In this document: piece by piece, positions 13,301-27,800 of the stretch
Layout of the letters: each line of letters begins with the position of its first letter
How positions within the stretch are numbered: position 1 is the first letter of the stretch
Assembly: GCF_964355755.1 (NCBI RefSeq)
Contig: NC_092679.1
Location: forward strand, 19,017,432 to 19,081,431
From: Antedon mediterranea
Lineage: Eukaryota; Animalia; Echinodermata
Reading direction: 5' to 3'
DNA: 64,000 nt
The notes under the pieces: model-generated
What the model saw: the letters and a program-made list of their open reading frames with translations, nothing else
The model's database searches: none
Told to the model about the DNA's origin: nothing
Made by a program: the position numbers and the translations under genes

Positions 13301-16300
13301 CATATTACTATCATTATTTGGGCATATCACCACCATACTTGGGCATATCACATAGTTTGATAAGTGTAGACAGAGCTTAAGAACTACGCTGGTCATTAGA
13401 TAGTTGTTACTACCAGAACCAGCTAAACCTTGATATTAAATCCATCTCTGATCTGTGACATGTTTTCAGAAGATTTGTTTTGTATTACTTTATTTCTTTG
13501 TTTGATCACCTTGGACTTAAGTCTAGATTTATTTGTGGTCTTTTTTAATTCATTCTGTTATCTTTGATAGCTTTTCACTGTGACTGTACTAATAAACCAC
13601 ACTTAAAAATCAGTTAGTTAAATATAAATATCTTTGAATAAATTTGACTCATAAGTCTTCTTCTTTTCTAAATTCAGTTATCTTTTGTAATTCTTTAGTA
13701 TTGGTATTATAGATTATGAAAACTTTAAGCTTTGTCTACACTATCATATCAAACTTTATGTGACAAAAAAAATATAATGTGCTCATATATGGACATGATG
13801 ATATCATATCACTGCATTTAGTAGTGTAGACAGAGCTTTATGTTTTAATATCAATGTTTGTTGCAACCTTTCCACATGTGGTTTTTATACAGTTAAGTAG
13901 ATGCTTTCGTTTCAGCATTTTGTCCTGAATTTACTAGGAAGTTAATATTAACATATTATTGCTGACATATTGTTGCAATTCTCAAGTGACCTCATTTGAC
14001 CTTTTTCATCTGATCTTCATGAAAAAAATACATAGATTCAGAGAATTGTAGTTTGAGTAATGATTGCTAGTATAGACAAAATATTTCTTATTAATTTGTC
14101 ACTGATGAAAAGGTGTTTCTTGAAGCATATTACTGGTTACTATAGTATATCGTAAATAGAAGGGATGTCTTAAAAGATTCATGAAACTAACGAGGTTCAA
14201 TTTAGCATTAACTCGGCGTACAGTTCAATGTCTAATTTATGAAAGCATAAACTCTGTAGGTCTGAACAGGCCCTTAGTGGCATACTGTCGGCTAGTTGAA
14301 AAAGATTAATGCCACTATTAATGTACATGGCAGCATCTATTTCTGTATTAAATAATACTGTAATAATTTGTTTATCATAGAATGTACAGTAGTTTGAAAT
14401 AAAACAATTGGTAGTTAACCAGCAAATCAACTATATAAAACCAACATTCTTATTCTATCGGTAAAAAATACTGAATGTGTTTTTGTTTTGTTCTCTTTTT
14501 GGTTTAATTGAGAACAAAATATTTAATAATCTCATTGAAACATATTTACAATAACAAAACACTTGAACAATCTTTTTGTTTAGAAAAATGTCTTTTTAAT
14601 ACACAGTTCTGATTATAAATGATGAACAATGAATGCAAAATATATATTTGATGTATGGTAAATTAAACTCATTATTATATATTAATAACAGATGACTTAT
14701 TATGTTAATAAGTTACTTGAAATGTTCATACAATAATTACGTTTATTCAAACCAAGATGTTTTAATATGTGTAGTTCAACTTTATCTGACCTATGCATTA
14801 CATTAAGGGCCTGATTGTTGTGTTGGGTGAAAACCGTATTTTCTTGCCAGAAGAAACGGGTCTACATAAAAAAAAATAATCGATTTTTAAATACGATTTT
14901 AAAAACCTTGTTTGCTCCATTCGAGTTTCCAATAATTGTGCTTCCCCCTGCCTGCATAAAATAAAACCTGATTGGTTGCGTCAATGTTCCTTTCAGCATA
15001 GACATTGACTTGGTTCAATCTGCGTAGTTTACTACGTGATGTACTACTCGGCTCACACTTGTGATTACGCAATATAGCACTTTGCGTTGCTCCATTGCGT
15101 TGCATCACGTTAGAAACCACGCTTAAGGAAATTATTTCAGTGAATTTTGGTGTTATTTTTATGATGTTCGGTACTAATTTTTAAAAAAATGAAAATAAAT
15201 GGAAATAAATTATAGTAATTAATACAATGGAACCTTCAAGAAGCAAGACTCTAAATTAACATTTTATTTTTTAAAATACATTTTTCAAAAACTAAATCCC
15301 AAATCATGTCAAATTCAATTATCAGAATTTTGGGAGAGTTTGTCTGTATTAAATAAAGCAATGATGGCAGTGAGTGAGATATTGCAATATTAGAACATAT
15401 TTATAGAAGAAAATCAATTTTTATAAATGTACATTATGCTTTATATTATACTGCCTGTGTTATTAAAATTGATGGCAAGATTATTCTGCTCGCAACGTAT
15501 ACTGTATTTTTTATGTTGATAGAAATAACTCAAGTTGATAACGAATCATAGATGTGCAATAATAATTAAAATAAAGTTAATTAAATGCATTGTACTGTTT
15601 ACTTTAATGGATAGGCTAATAGTACGTTGTCTCTGTGGGCCTAGGTTAATCATAATCTATGTGTAATGCGTTAGTTGTACCGTTGCGTATATCAAACTGA
15701 CATCTTATTATTAGGCAACGCCTAATACTCGTTCAACCAGCTCTCTTTGTACACGATTCGTTGACTACATGCATTGTGTTGTCAAACAGTCGAATAAATT
15801 ATTGATTTCATCAGTAGGGTAGTAGATATGCAGCTAGTGTAATTACAATTATACTATGGAGTAGTGTGTACAGTAGTACAAGCGGGGTACAAGCTATACG
15901 CGGCTGTGCAATTCAAATGTGTATTTGAAGTACATTTTTATGGGGGAATATCAAATATATTGATGGTGATTATTTAATCATTGGGCCTAACAATTTATTG
16001 GCTCCAGATGCATTATGTATGCCAAATGCTAAACAGTTCAACTACGCATATTTTTAAAGTTACCATATTTTCTGTTAACCAACATTATAGTATATTTCTG
16101 TTAACTAACAAACATTTTACAGTACATTTTCTGTTAATCAACATTACAGTATGTTTTCTGTAACCAACATTTTATACTGTTATTTTTAGTATATTTCTGT
16201 TAACCAATATTGTACAGTATATTTCTGTTTAACCAACATTACAGTATATTTTCTGTTAACAAACATTTTATACTGTATTATTATTTTCTGTTAACCAACA

Positions 16301-19300
16301 TTTTACAGTATATTTCTGTTAATCAACATTACAGTATATTTTCTGTTAACAAACATTTTATACTGTAGTATTATTTTCTGTTAACCAATATTGTACAGTA
16401 TATTTCTGTTTAACCAACATTACAGTATATTTTCTGTTAACAAACATTTTATACTGTATTATTATTTTCTGTTAACCAACATTTTACAGTATATTTCTGT
16501 TAATCAACATTACAGTATATTTTCTGTTAACAAACATTTTATACTGTAGTATTATTTTCTGTTAACCAATATTGTACAGTATATTTCTGTTATAACCAAC
16601 ATTACAATATATTTTTTCTGTTTTTCCCCTATTCTTGCAATGAAAAGGCATGGCAGGTGTTGTATTATTAATTAGTTATTATTTTAATATTTTATTTTCT
16701 GCATGAAATTTTACTTTAATAATAATCTGCTTTGGTACTTATTATTTGTCTTTGAATATGAATTTCTTTTAAATTTTGTTTATAGTTCAAACAAAAATAT
16801 TTTTATTTTATGTGATTTTAAGTCTCACATTAAATTTACTTTAATGTAAATGAGCGTTTACATTTTTCTCTGTAAAATGTTTATAAATGTGATATTACAT
16901 TTAAATACAATATTTTAATGTACTGTACTGTAGCCTCCTAATCCAAATCCTAAATGTCAGTTCCGATAATAGATCAAAATAACTTTAAAAAAAAAGCAGA
17001 ATCACTTTGTGTGTCTAGTATTTTAAGAGATACTGCACAGTACTGTACTTAAAATACATCTGTGATTAATGATATTGATGTAATGTAATTAACATACCAA
17101 TCTTATCCTAATAATGTTGTTTATACAATCAAACACATGAACAGTGTAAAGCCATAGTTGCTTGTTGCAGATGACTCGCAGTGTTCTGTTGCATTTTAAA
17201 GCCTGTTTTTATGGTTCAGATTTAAACAAAAAAGGTATTTAGGCTATTTAGACTTGAACATAGTGACATTTTTTGATTATGAATAATATTAATTTCCTAT
17301 TTATTCAAGAAATACAATCTAACATACGCACAGTGTATAAAGCCACAGTCAGGTGACCATTTAGTGTTCGGTTGCATTTTAAAGCCTGTTTTTATTATTA
17401 AGATTTAAACAAAATGGAATTAATTTAAATTTAAGTTAAACATAGTGACATTAACATTTTTTTTTATTATGAATAATATTAATATCATATTTATTTAAGA
17501 AATAAATCAAACACATGTACAGTGTATAAAGCCACAGTCACTTGCAAATGACTGTTTAGTGTTTCATTTTAAAGATTCTACATAAGGCAAAGATCTTTTT
17601 TTCCATTTCTTGTATTTAGCCATCACATAAATTGCAATTAGATAAAATTAACCAACCTTTAAGGACCATAAATTATTGGTTCCCTAATTTGATCATATCA
17701 TCATGGTTGTCTCAATTATTCTTGTCAAGTTTATGCTTTAAGGAGTCATCATTAGTCACTGGAACGTCACTCATCCACCTACATATATACCTACTTCATA
17801 TATTGTTCATTGTATTATGGTTATGGGCTTTTCTTTTTTTACTGTATTGCAGCCAACTCTCCCAATACTGGAAACCCTTGGGCTGGCCTATTTTTAATAT
17901 ATCTTTTCCATGGTTTTCCAAATCTGTTTTTAATTGAAAGAATTAAGGATATTTACTGTAGGACCTCAAGAAAACTTTTTTTTTTGGGAGGATTTTCTGA
18001 AAATCCTGTACAGTATTGGCAGAGTCGACTGCATTCATTTTTCTTACTCTCTGTATGGTGGTATAGAAATTTCCATTTTATGTTTTATTTTATAATTTAT
18101 ATAAAAATAATCTGTATTTATATAATCATTTTCGCATTGTTTCCACAATTATATACTCTATGCAAGAAAAACATTCTGTAGGCTTCTGAATGATAAAAAA
18201 TATATAATTCTTTGCAGTTGTAGAGTTGGTGTATTGGCGTGACCCTAAAAAGAGCGGCGTAGCCTTCGGATCGATTCTGATTGTTCTGCTAGCATTTGCA
18301 AACTTCTCATCCATCAGCGTGATAGCTTACTTGCTTCTCTCCATTCTGACGGTGACAATCAGTTTCAGAGTCTACAAGAGTGTACTACAGGCAGTGCAAA
18401 AGACTGGTGATGGCAATCCATTCAAGTAAGTAGACTACGCTTCCACAGTGGCGGATCCAGGATTTTGAAATAGCGGGGTGGGGGCCTAAAGTAGTGAAAC
18501 TAAGTGCTTAACTTAATTTGATGTCCTATCTTTTGCTATACAATTTGTGAAATTTAGAGGGGTTCCGGGCCGACTGGGCCTGCTGCTTCCAGACACAGAA
18601 CCAGCATTAAAGATCCACACAACTAAGCAGCTGTTGAAACAGTTATTCTGTAAATGTTCATGCATTTCTAAGTGCTTCATGTTGTGAAAACGAAAGGTGT
18701 TTATTTTACACCAAATTGAACATGTTTGACCTAATTTCTGTCTAATTTTCAGACCATATTTGGAGAAGGATATCAGCATCTCTGAAGACGTAGTTAACAC
18801 CTATGCTGCTCAAGCTGTAGAGAAAGTAAACTGTTACTCTACTGCCCTCAGGAGGTACATCCTGGTTGAAGATTTGGTTGAGTCCATTAAGGTAAACATT
18901 CACCACATAATATACAAGCTACATCTTTGAATTGAGATTAATAGTTCAGGTACAATTACCCAACCAACATCGATTTCACACAAAGAATATTTCACAAGCG
19001 AGTGAGTGGCCGAGCGGTTAAGACAGTGAAAATGTAATTATGTAACCATAACATCGGCGATGGTTCGAGCCTCACTTGCTACATGGTTCTTGTGGTAGGC
19101 TAACAAGTTTAATTGGGTAAGGACAATAACCTGTAGGTCCAGTGTACACATCTAGCTCATGTGCATTTTAAAGAACCTAGTACATCTTTCGAGACGAGTA
19201 GAAGTTACCCCGGTGTACTAGTACATCACATCCACTGGTCATAACTGGGGCCCTTGCAGACCAGTCTGAAGAGGTTACCCAGTAAAAATATATAACAAAT

Positions 19301-21424
19301 ACACATAGTGCTTTGCTATTCTGTATGAACTAATATTGAAACTGCTGTCCATAGATACTTTTCAAAAAGACTATTTACCATGTATGTGTATGAGGCTGTG
19401 CGAACTATCTTGCACTTGTTGTGAGGTATCCCACAATGCAAAATTCAAAGTCATCTTTCACATTTTAGCACATCAGTTACGACATGAGCCAATTTAGAAA
19501 TTCTCAATTTGTTTTTCTTTACAAAACTACTTTTTTTTAAAATTTCTTTGCAATATTTAATAAATATCTAAAATAATAAAATTGATGGTTTTATTATCAT
19601 TACAGTTTGCTGTGTTCTTGTGGTTCCTGACCTACATTGGATGTATGTTCAATGGCCTAACTCTTGTCATCTTTGGTAAGATTTGCTTCTTTCGGTTATC
19701 AGTTTTGTTAGATTTATTAAACTTTAGCTAACTTTACAGATCTACAGTATCTCTCTGCACAATTTTAAATTTGAATGTGGATGATATTTTGCTCTGACAT
19801 AATTTTACCAAGGGAATCTAACAACAGGATGCTCAGCTTGCCTTGCCAAGATAGGAACTCGTAACAGTCCTTTTATCTTATGTCTGGCTGCGACAAATAC
19901 CAACAGTACTGTACTATGTACACATTCTCTGTGGCACGCTGTTAATGTTAAGGGGCGGGGAACTGATTGTGTCGTAGCCACCAATAAACCGTTTTATCTC
20001 TGGAGCATCCTGTTGTTAGATTGCCTTGATTTTAATCTTTATTATTTGAACTCAAATTTATTTTATGTTTTTCCCCTTTGGGTGCAGTGAAAAATAATGA
20101 ACTTTCTCTTTTTTTAAACTTATAGCTCACATTGGTTTGTTTAGCCTTCCTCTTGTCTATGAGATGAATAAGGTATGTTGTTTTAAAGCATTACAAATAT
20201 CACTGAAAGTTGAGGTCAATATTGCTTGGATCCTTAGGCTGGCTGACTGGGATTGAGTTCACTGGTGGAGTTCCCCGGGTCTAGCATTTCTGTTGTAGTG
20301 TGTATTGTTCATGTAAAATCAAGAATAAAGTGAATTGAATTGGCAAAGATACTGTTAACTTTCTTTGCCTCACCCTTCGGATGGGACTTAAAGCTGTTCA
20401 TACTGTGTACATGCAGTGCACATGAACTTGGTACATTATTTGAAAAGAGTAGTAGGATCGTTTCGTGGTAGACACTGCACTGTGGCCGCAGTGAATCTAT
20501 AGAGGACCTAATCCGAAATTCTTCAGTTTCAGATTAACCGAGCGCAATAAATAATAAAAGTAATTATTTGGTCCCAATGCGCGACATGACGACACAAAGA
20601 ACAATGTTAATGTTTATGCGGTGTTTTCGGTAACACACACACAAATGTGTGTAGTGAACTCTTAGTTTATGCGTAAATGCAGTTGTGATTTATATCAAGA
20701 TGTATCCGGTGTACATACTGTAGTGTTTGATGTGAGTATATTAAATGTTGTGGTATGTACAGTAATTAATGTGTTTGCATCACTAATTCTGTCATTTCAA
20801 TTGGGTTTTTATTATAGGCTCAAATTGATGATGTGGTGGGAAAAGCCTACACCAAGGTCAATGCCATATACGAACAGTGAGTAATCTATATTATGTATAC
20901 AGTATTATACCTGCCAACTCTCACGCATAATGCGTGCGTGAGTCTCGCGAATGAGGGCCGATTTGTTATGCCTCGCGCATACGTGGCTATTTCTCACGCA
21001 TCCATAAAAATATTCAGAAAAAAATAGCCTAAGATTACACATTATTTAATTAATTTTAGCATAATTAGCTAAGCCTATGTTAATTGTATTTTATGGTGGT
21101 TCTTGGGGCATTGTCTTGTGTCCTGAAGTATATATACAAATATTTAAAAAAAAACATTACTTTCAAATTAACTCGCCTGTTTTAAAGAAAAAATAGCCTA
21201 GGATTACACATTATTTAATTAATTTTAGCATAATTAGCCTAGGCCTATGTTTATTTGTATTGTATGGTGGTTATAAGGGGGACACCCCTATATATTAAAG
21301 AGGCACTGTCTTGTGTCCTCAAGTTGTCCCCTACTTTAGTAGCTAGCATACTAAATCATTGTTTGATTTTTATTTTTATAGGGTAAAAGACAAGATTCCA
21401 TTCTTAAAAAAGAAGAATGATTAA
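6712..21424 (+). CDS. RTN: Reticulon (long isoform), spliced
   Basis: Exons 6712-7342, 7967-8002 (microexon), 18218-18425, 18753-18891, 19606-19675, 20126-20172, 20818-20876, 21382-21424; all GT-AG and phase-consistent. RHD starts [18 protein letters not shown]. Exon sizes 208/139/70/47/59 match vertebrate RTN genes. C-terminus ...[12 protein letters not shown] has a KKxx ER-retrieval motif. Confidence 0.93.
7967..8002 (+). CDS. RTN: Reticulon 36-nt microexon ([12 protein letters not shown])
   Basis: ttccag|GTGCCC...CCTAGAG|gtacag, phase 1-1, open frame; gives ...[13 protein letters not shown]. Confidence 0.7.
8464..8815. mobile_element. TTAA-flanked MITE (Kolobok-like)
   Basis: TTAAAGATATATTGTCCCC ... 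GGGGACAATACATATTTAA; related copies near 1620-1925, 5080-5250, 5968-6195, 41325-41600, 45819-46374, 46690-46974. Confidence 0.7.
11556..11616 (+). CDS. RTN: Candidate alternative first coding exon of a short reticulon isoform ([20 protein letters not shown])
   Basis: ATG after an in-frame stop, 20 codons + 1 nt, perfect G|GTAAGT donor in phase 1 matching the RHD exon. Confidence 0.55.
11822..12722. mobile_element. TAG...CTA-terminated element with hairpin ends, flanked by long direct repeats
   Basis: Left end TAGTCTGG-GCT-CCAGAC, right end AGACTTG-GGG-CAAGTCTA; internally deleted inverted copy at ~24328-24452. Confidence 0.6.
13251..13377. mobile_element. AGCTCTGTCTACACTATCAAAC-family MITE (representative copy)
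   Basis: TIR AGCTCTGTCTACACTATCAAAC / GTTTGATA(A)GTGTAGACAGAGCT in TTA/TAA context; further copies near 3640, 8095, 9650, 13728, 22427, 28970-29545, 29650, 33102, 34280, 36080, 37355, 37550. Confidence 0.8.
16060..16622 (+). repeat. AT-rich minisatellite (~28-32-bp units, higher-order ~120-bp period)
   Basis: Repeated TTTCTGTTAACCAACATT(TT)ACAGTATA variants. Confidence 0.88.
18218..21424 (+). CDS. RTN: Reticulon homology domain exons
   Basis: Two long hydrophobic segments ([32 protein letters not shown]; [36 protein letters not shown]) and loop [18 protein letters not shown]. Confidence 0.95.
18998..19295 (+). mobile_element. tRNA-derived SINE with Deu/Nin-type central domain
   Basis: A box TGGCCGAGCGG, B box GGTTCGAGCC, then AAGGACAATAACCTGTAGGTCC...TTAAAGAACC...GAGACGAGTAG; second copy at 43800-44058. 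Confidence 0.75.
19809..20028. mobile_element. Small TIR element
   Basis: CAAGGGAATCTAACAACAGGATGCTC ... GAGCATCCTGTTGTTAGATTGCCTTG. Confidence 0.7.
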
Positions 21425-24400
21425 GAAAATCAGCTTAAAAACAGGATTTTAAACATACACTACAACTTCCCAATTACTCTACTACAAGATGTTGCTTGCT
21501 ACCAAATAAATACACAATGCCACACTGCTTGTCTATGGAGGAATTACCTGAACTAACTACTCCATGATAGCTGTCATAAATTTATGATTTTAGTGCCTGT
21601 AGAGGGCGACATTCAAAAGTAACCTTTTATGATGGTGTGGTGCAATGACAGAAAGTAGGTCACTATGTCTGGGTCAAAGGGTAAATAATAATATTTGAAT
21701 GTATTAGGTATCTACATTGAATTGTAGGTGCATTAATACTAGTGCATAAATATTATTTACACTGTATGTATCCATTATTACTTCCAAAGAAGTGCGTTAA
21801 ATGTTAAAACAATATTAAATTTATTTCTTAATTTTGATGGTTTTAATTATTTTACTGTACTTAATTATTTATTTAATTCTAGTTTTGATTATTTTTATTT
21901 AATAAAATACAACTTTGACTGTAGTATAGCTGGTAATATTTAAATTGAACAAAAGTGTGCAAGTTGAACTAAGACTAAGACTGAATTATATTTCGTTTGT
22001 TTCTTAGGTTGCTAAGCAACCAATAACAGCCCTATTCTATGTGCTTGTTAATACAATTAATATTTACTTAATATTTCAAAAAAAAAGTTGAAATCTGTAG
22101 ATAAATGTTTTGACGGCAAGAGTACTTGGAAATCATTTTTAAAATATCGAAATTTTCTTTTCCTAAAGAGGTGTAACATTCTCATCTTGTTTTTCTTTTA
22201 ATTTATAATTTATGAACAATCCAACTAATAATAATTACCATCTTAAGTGAATATAATTTATTGTTAACCAGGCAACAGCACTCACAAAATTTACAGATAT
22301 TTTTCGCATGAAAAGATAAATGCAAACATCGGCCACAACCAACACATACCCACTACACAACTCTTTAATATTTGATTTACATTTGGCGACAAAAACCGTA
22401 TGTGGTCATGCATCAATTAGATGTAAAGCTCTGTCTACACTATCAAACTTTATGTGACAAAAAAATGTGGTGTACCCAAATATGGTAGTGACATGCTTAA
22501 ATATGGTGGTGAAACTGTATGCTTAAATATGGTAGTGATATAACATCATCATGTCCATATATGGGCACATCAAATTTTTTTTGTCACATGAAGTTTGATA
22601 GTGTATGTGAAGTCGAATTATTCAACTTTTGATATTATAGTGTTAAAACACAGCATCGTTTAATAGTTATGAAATTTGTGGAGTTACTGAACAAGCCTTT
22701 AATGTTGTGTCGTATCAAAAGCGTACATAAATCAACTATGGTAGCCCCATTTATACTTATTTGCCCATCCTAAATATCCTTGCTCAATGGACGTCTCAAT
22801 GTTCTCATGTTTCAATATGTTGAATAACATGAATCACTCTTAAACAGGCGCAAGTTTGTGTTGTGCAGCGTTTGTGCGGTTATTCTTGTCCGCGAAACCA
22901 ACCAAATGTGGCCTATATAATAGTAAGTAAATCGGGTGTGTAAGGTGTTGTGTTGAATCGTAGCCGATCTGCCATTTTCTTTGATGAAACTAAAATTAAA
23001 AACTGCTTTGTATTCTAAACTTTAAAATCTGTATATCTCCAATTGCAATTTTTTAAATGCAATGTTTTTGATCGAATTAAATGTAAAAAAATTAAGATTA
23101 TTATTGTTAAATGTAGGTTTAATCATTGTGAATTATACATATACCAACCTTAGTATATAGATACTGTAAAACTTAATGTTTAAATATTACACTGGTGGAA
23201 TCTGTCTATGTCTATGTGAACTGCATGTAATTCTCAATAGTAGTCGTGGTGATATTAAAATGTACAATATTCAAGAAAATGAAACGTTTTTGTTCCAAGA
23301 CAAAAGTGCTTATAATTTAAAATCAAGTTTGTTTGCATATAAAACATGTTGTTTTCGGTAGAGTTGCTCTGTTGCAAAGTATTTGAGTCGACTATCAATA
23401 CTTTGTTTAATCATCTCATTGTAATAAAAGTATTCATCATTCTTTTACGTCCGGTTTTGCTATATAGATCATTTTTATATACTGATTTATCGTGATTTTT
23501 TCAAAAGATTGTCGTCGTCATACAATGTACATATAGTAAAGTGTGCTAAAATCATAAAGATGTCCGACGTCACTCACAAAATTCAACCAAAAAAAATGTT
23601 GAAAAAAAAAATAAAAGTGTAATGCGTCAATGTAGTTCTGTGCTTTCAACTCGAGTTTACACTTACTTTAAGTGAGGTTATTCATCTTATTTAAGCCCAA
23701 TAAAATGTTGCAATATGTAAGAAAATCATGGTTGTTCATAGTCTGTAAGGTATGAGGCGCCAAGGGTTCATTATTATGTGGTTAGTAATGAAGCAAAACT
23801 CGTATTTGGTATGAGGCGCCAGGAGTTCATTAATTTGATGTGGCAATATTGATAATACACTTTAAAGAGCGGAACGAGTATACATGTGCTGCGACTGTAA
23901 TAATGTAATGGTTGCGGTAGTGTTGTTTGTTCTCTAGTTACGATGGGACTGTGCTAATTGTAACAACCAAACAATTGCGAAACAACACAATGTTTACTTT
24001 TTAGTTTAATAGTTTAATAAACAGTTAGCATATGCATTATAATGTGCTGGTTATGTATAGTACAATTTTCATCTTGGAAAACTCCCAAAAAAATGTTAGG
24101 CTATTTCTTGCGCTTTCTGGAATAAGCTATTAAACAGTTACAAAAATATATATGTCTATATTAACACTAATTGAATAAAAGAGTGATGGTTGGAAATGGA
24201 GTATTGAAGTAAATTTATGTGGTCGTTCGTAACTTTACAAACATTTTCTGGTTTGCAATTTAGCTGCTCCTCCTATACATTTGCACTTTAAACATTATTA
24301 TTAATTATTATACATTACGTTATAGTGTAGACTTGCCCCAAGTATTGTCTTTTTTATTTTTTGTTTGTTTATTTCAATTTCTGTCTGAGTTTAGTATACG

Positions 24401-24822
24401 TATGAAACGCCATATGTGCCAAAATATTTTTTCTCCGTCTGGAGCCCATACTATCTATAGTGTTACGGAACTTGTTTAACGTTCAAGCCTTGCAAAAGTA
24501 AGTCACGTAGAACAACTTTTCAAGGGCCTATTTCACAACGCTTGTTCCAATTCATTCACTGATGTGTTCAAATATGTGGGGTTATTCCCGATCTTGTTGG
24601 AAGGGTTTATATTTCATAGAAAAAGAGCTAGAGCTATACCTTGAATTGCCAGATTATTGTAAACTCTGTACGATAAAGCTACACTTAACTTGGACCTGAA
24701 TGCTCCTTGTCATGGAACGGAAGACGTCGCCGTTCAATTCTTAAATCAATCGTCTTCCGTTCCGTGAACAAGAGTTTAACATACCGCATCAACCATTCAG
24801 AAGGATTTTTCTCCATCGTTAA

Positions 24823-27800
24823 CTATTTTTTAGAACAGTCTAACTCGACATAATTCATTTCGGACTTGGCCTTCAATATTTCCGTTACAGCATCTTTCCG
24901 ACCAATCTTCTCAAAAATCTGCTGGAGATGCAACCAGTCTTCGGCATCGTTTCTCGAGCGAGTAGCTTCCCACGTGTTTAGTAATTCATACGTTGGACTG
25001 CCGTGTTTTTGTTTTTCTAGTTTTGGTATCATATCATCCAATTCTAATTCGTGAGCAAACATTCGCCAGTCAACCAAGCCGTCTGGGTCCAGGAGTTCCT
25101 TTAGTGTTCGCCGTAGAGGTTGTTTAAGTAGCACAGACGATCGCATCGGAATCGCCTTCCTTTTTATCATTTTGTCCTCATTCTAAAATTTAAAGTAATT
25201 ATATTTATGATTACGTAATCTAAGTATAGTGAGTGAAATTGACCAATCACAAAGCGACAATTCGGGTGTCCATCGCGTTGTTATTTTGAAATTACTTGCG
25301 GTGCGCTTTTATTTTCAGGTCCCAAAAATAGAAATAGACAATGATAACATACCTCTTGCGCTAGTATATGAAGTGTTTCTTTTAAGTCATCCGATTGGCC
25401 AGCCTGAGTCACATGAACACTTCCAACTAAGCTGTTTTCAATAATAGTGTCTCTCTTTAGCAACATGTAGGATTTTGTTACGTAGAGGTTTTCCCGCAAC
25501 GTGTCCGCCGGGATAGTCTGCAAAAACAAACATTTGTATTATTTTATTTTGATCGCCATATTCATAGACTATCGGTATGGTTAAGCATTGCAGTAATGTG
25601 TACTCATTAAGAAGGTTAACTCGCCTCTTCGCAAACTCGTCCATTGTAGACAACAATATTTGTAATGTCTGTATGTTTATATTTCTTCAAATGGCATGGC
25701 ACTGTTACATTATTATGGTCCTTATGTAGAAAGTGTATGGAATTCTTGATGGCATGTAAAAATATTTGCTTATGTAAAAGAAAAACAATTATATTAAATT
25801 AAGAATCTTACTAGCTTCGGATTTCTTGTTGTCCAATTATTTTCAATTTCCAATAAACTGGTTGCGTCAAGATTTGTTTTAAATGACCATGTCGTAAAAG
25901 GTGTTCTTTTCACTCCATTTATACTTTCCTCTTCACACGCAACCATCTGCGAATTAAAAATCATCAGTATATATTAAAGCTTTCTCTATAATTCTCTTTT
26001 AGAAATAAATAAATATCTTAAACAAACAAATCATATTTTTTTATTTCTTTTTAAAATTTGCTTTTTGTTAAAACCCGTAAATCATCTGGGATTTCATTTT
26101 ACATCTTTGCACTAGAATACCTGATAGAATGTGGTCCTACATTTGTTATATTTTGGTATATACACATTTGTTCTCGTCTGTGACCTTGTTGAATGGCCAA
26201 GCAACAGAGTAATCATTTCGTTTGGACTTTTTGCCAAAAATATAAATGGTTTATTGACAGTTTCCTTTTAATCAACTTTATTTTCTATGTTCTGGCGGTT
26301 CCAACACATTTTTAAATAAAAGATAAATACAATGAGTTGAACTTACTTGTATTGCATCTGCAGTTTTATGAACAAAGTACAGTCTTAATATCATCCGGGT
26401 AGCAGTAGCTTGAACTAAGGAACTGTACACAACTAAGTTCATGTATATTTCCGCTGGTAGATCTGGACTGGTCGATGTTGCAATGCTCGAAAACCCTGTA
26501 AAATGTGATATCAATATCGAACACCGTCCTCGTCTTTTGATGACCAAGACATCCTCTTCTTCATCTAGGCTCTTATAGTCTAAATTTTCATTAGGTCGAG
26601 AAGAGGTAAACATAGGAACCAATTTGGTGCTTGCGTCATCGATGTTCGCGCAATGTTCATATGAAAGTATGACACGCTCAAGAAAACCAATGCCCTGCGG
26701 ACCGCAGAAGATTGTTGGACCCACTCGAGCCTGAGTGAGATCGATAGAAGGCATATACTGTAAATCCTTAGCAATATACATATATATCAGCTTAGCTTCT
26801 CCTTCGATTGCTCCCGGTGGTACGAATAGTCGGATGCCCATGTGATCCATATTTAACATCCCTCCTTGTTCATCAAACAAACCAGCAATGAATCTGGTCG
26901 TGGTGAAACAGACTTCATGTAAATTGGCATCGCAATGGCGCTGTTTCCATTCTTCGGCTTGAGAAATTAAATCATCATATTCAGTGTCATTTGAAGTAGG
27001 CAGCACGGAAGTTTGTGGCACAGAATCTTCCTCTGGTACCATGTCAATAATTACAGGGTTATCATAAGAAGCGTCACCACCATCAAACGCGGTTGATACT
27101 CGTCCTGTTGGTAGCTCTCGTATTTTGGTTACCTTACTTGAGACTCGTTCTCTGAAAACACGCAGTGCATCTGAATAGCGGTTCACCGAATCATGTCCTT
27201 GACTCCTTACCGACGCTCCTCCTTCTACCTAAGATAATTTAAGTAATAAATACGCGTGTTGTTAATTTCAGTGGGTTTTCGTAGATCACGTGATCATTAT
27301 ATTAATATACATCTTTTTCCTTCTGCTTGTTTCTGAATCTGATTCAAAGATACCTTTATCAACTATACTGTTATGAAGTACGCACATTGTATTAATGACA
27401 TTTTCAAAAACGGGTTTGGCACTTACGTCCGGCATAACAGTGCTATCTTCAACGAATACATGTCCAAACTTCTCGTAAATCCACGTACAACAACAATTTA
27501 CCTGTTTTGAAACGAAAGTAAATAATACAATAAGTCAAATACAACATACTGTAATAGTACCCCTCTCCCCTCCCCGTCAAGAAAAAGAAAAAGGAGAACA
27601 ACACTATTTATGGAAAATTATTATGTGGACATTTCCTGTGAAACGAACAATGAGAACTGTTTGTATTCACACTCGGTAAATCACAAGTAGATACCTCTAT
27701 TAAGGGGGCACCGAAGTTAGGTCCCAAAGGTGTCCAATTATGGGTTCAACTGTAAACAAGTCAGACTTAGGGGACATCCAATTAAAGTGAAACTATTGTT

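Noticed and set aside
17632-18181. Hydrophobic 101- and 123-aa ORFs upstream of the RHD exon
   Set aside because: T-rich intronic composition, non-ATG starts, no convincing splice context.
18998-19080. tRNA gene
   Set aside because: A/B boxes are present but there is no proper cloverleaf; it continues into a SINE body shared with 43800-44058.
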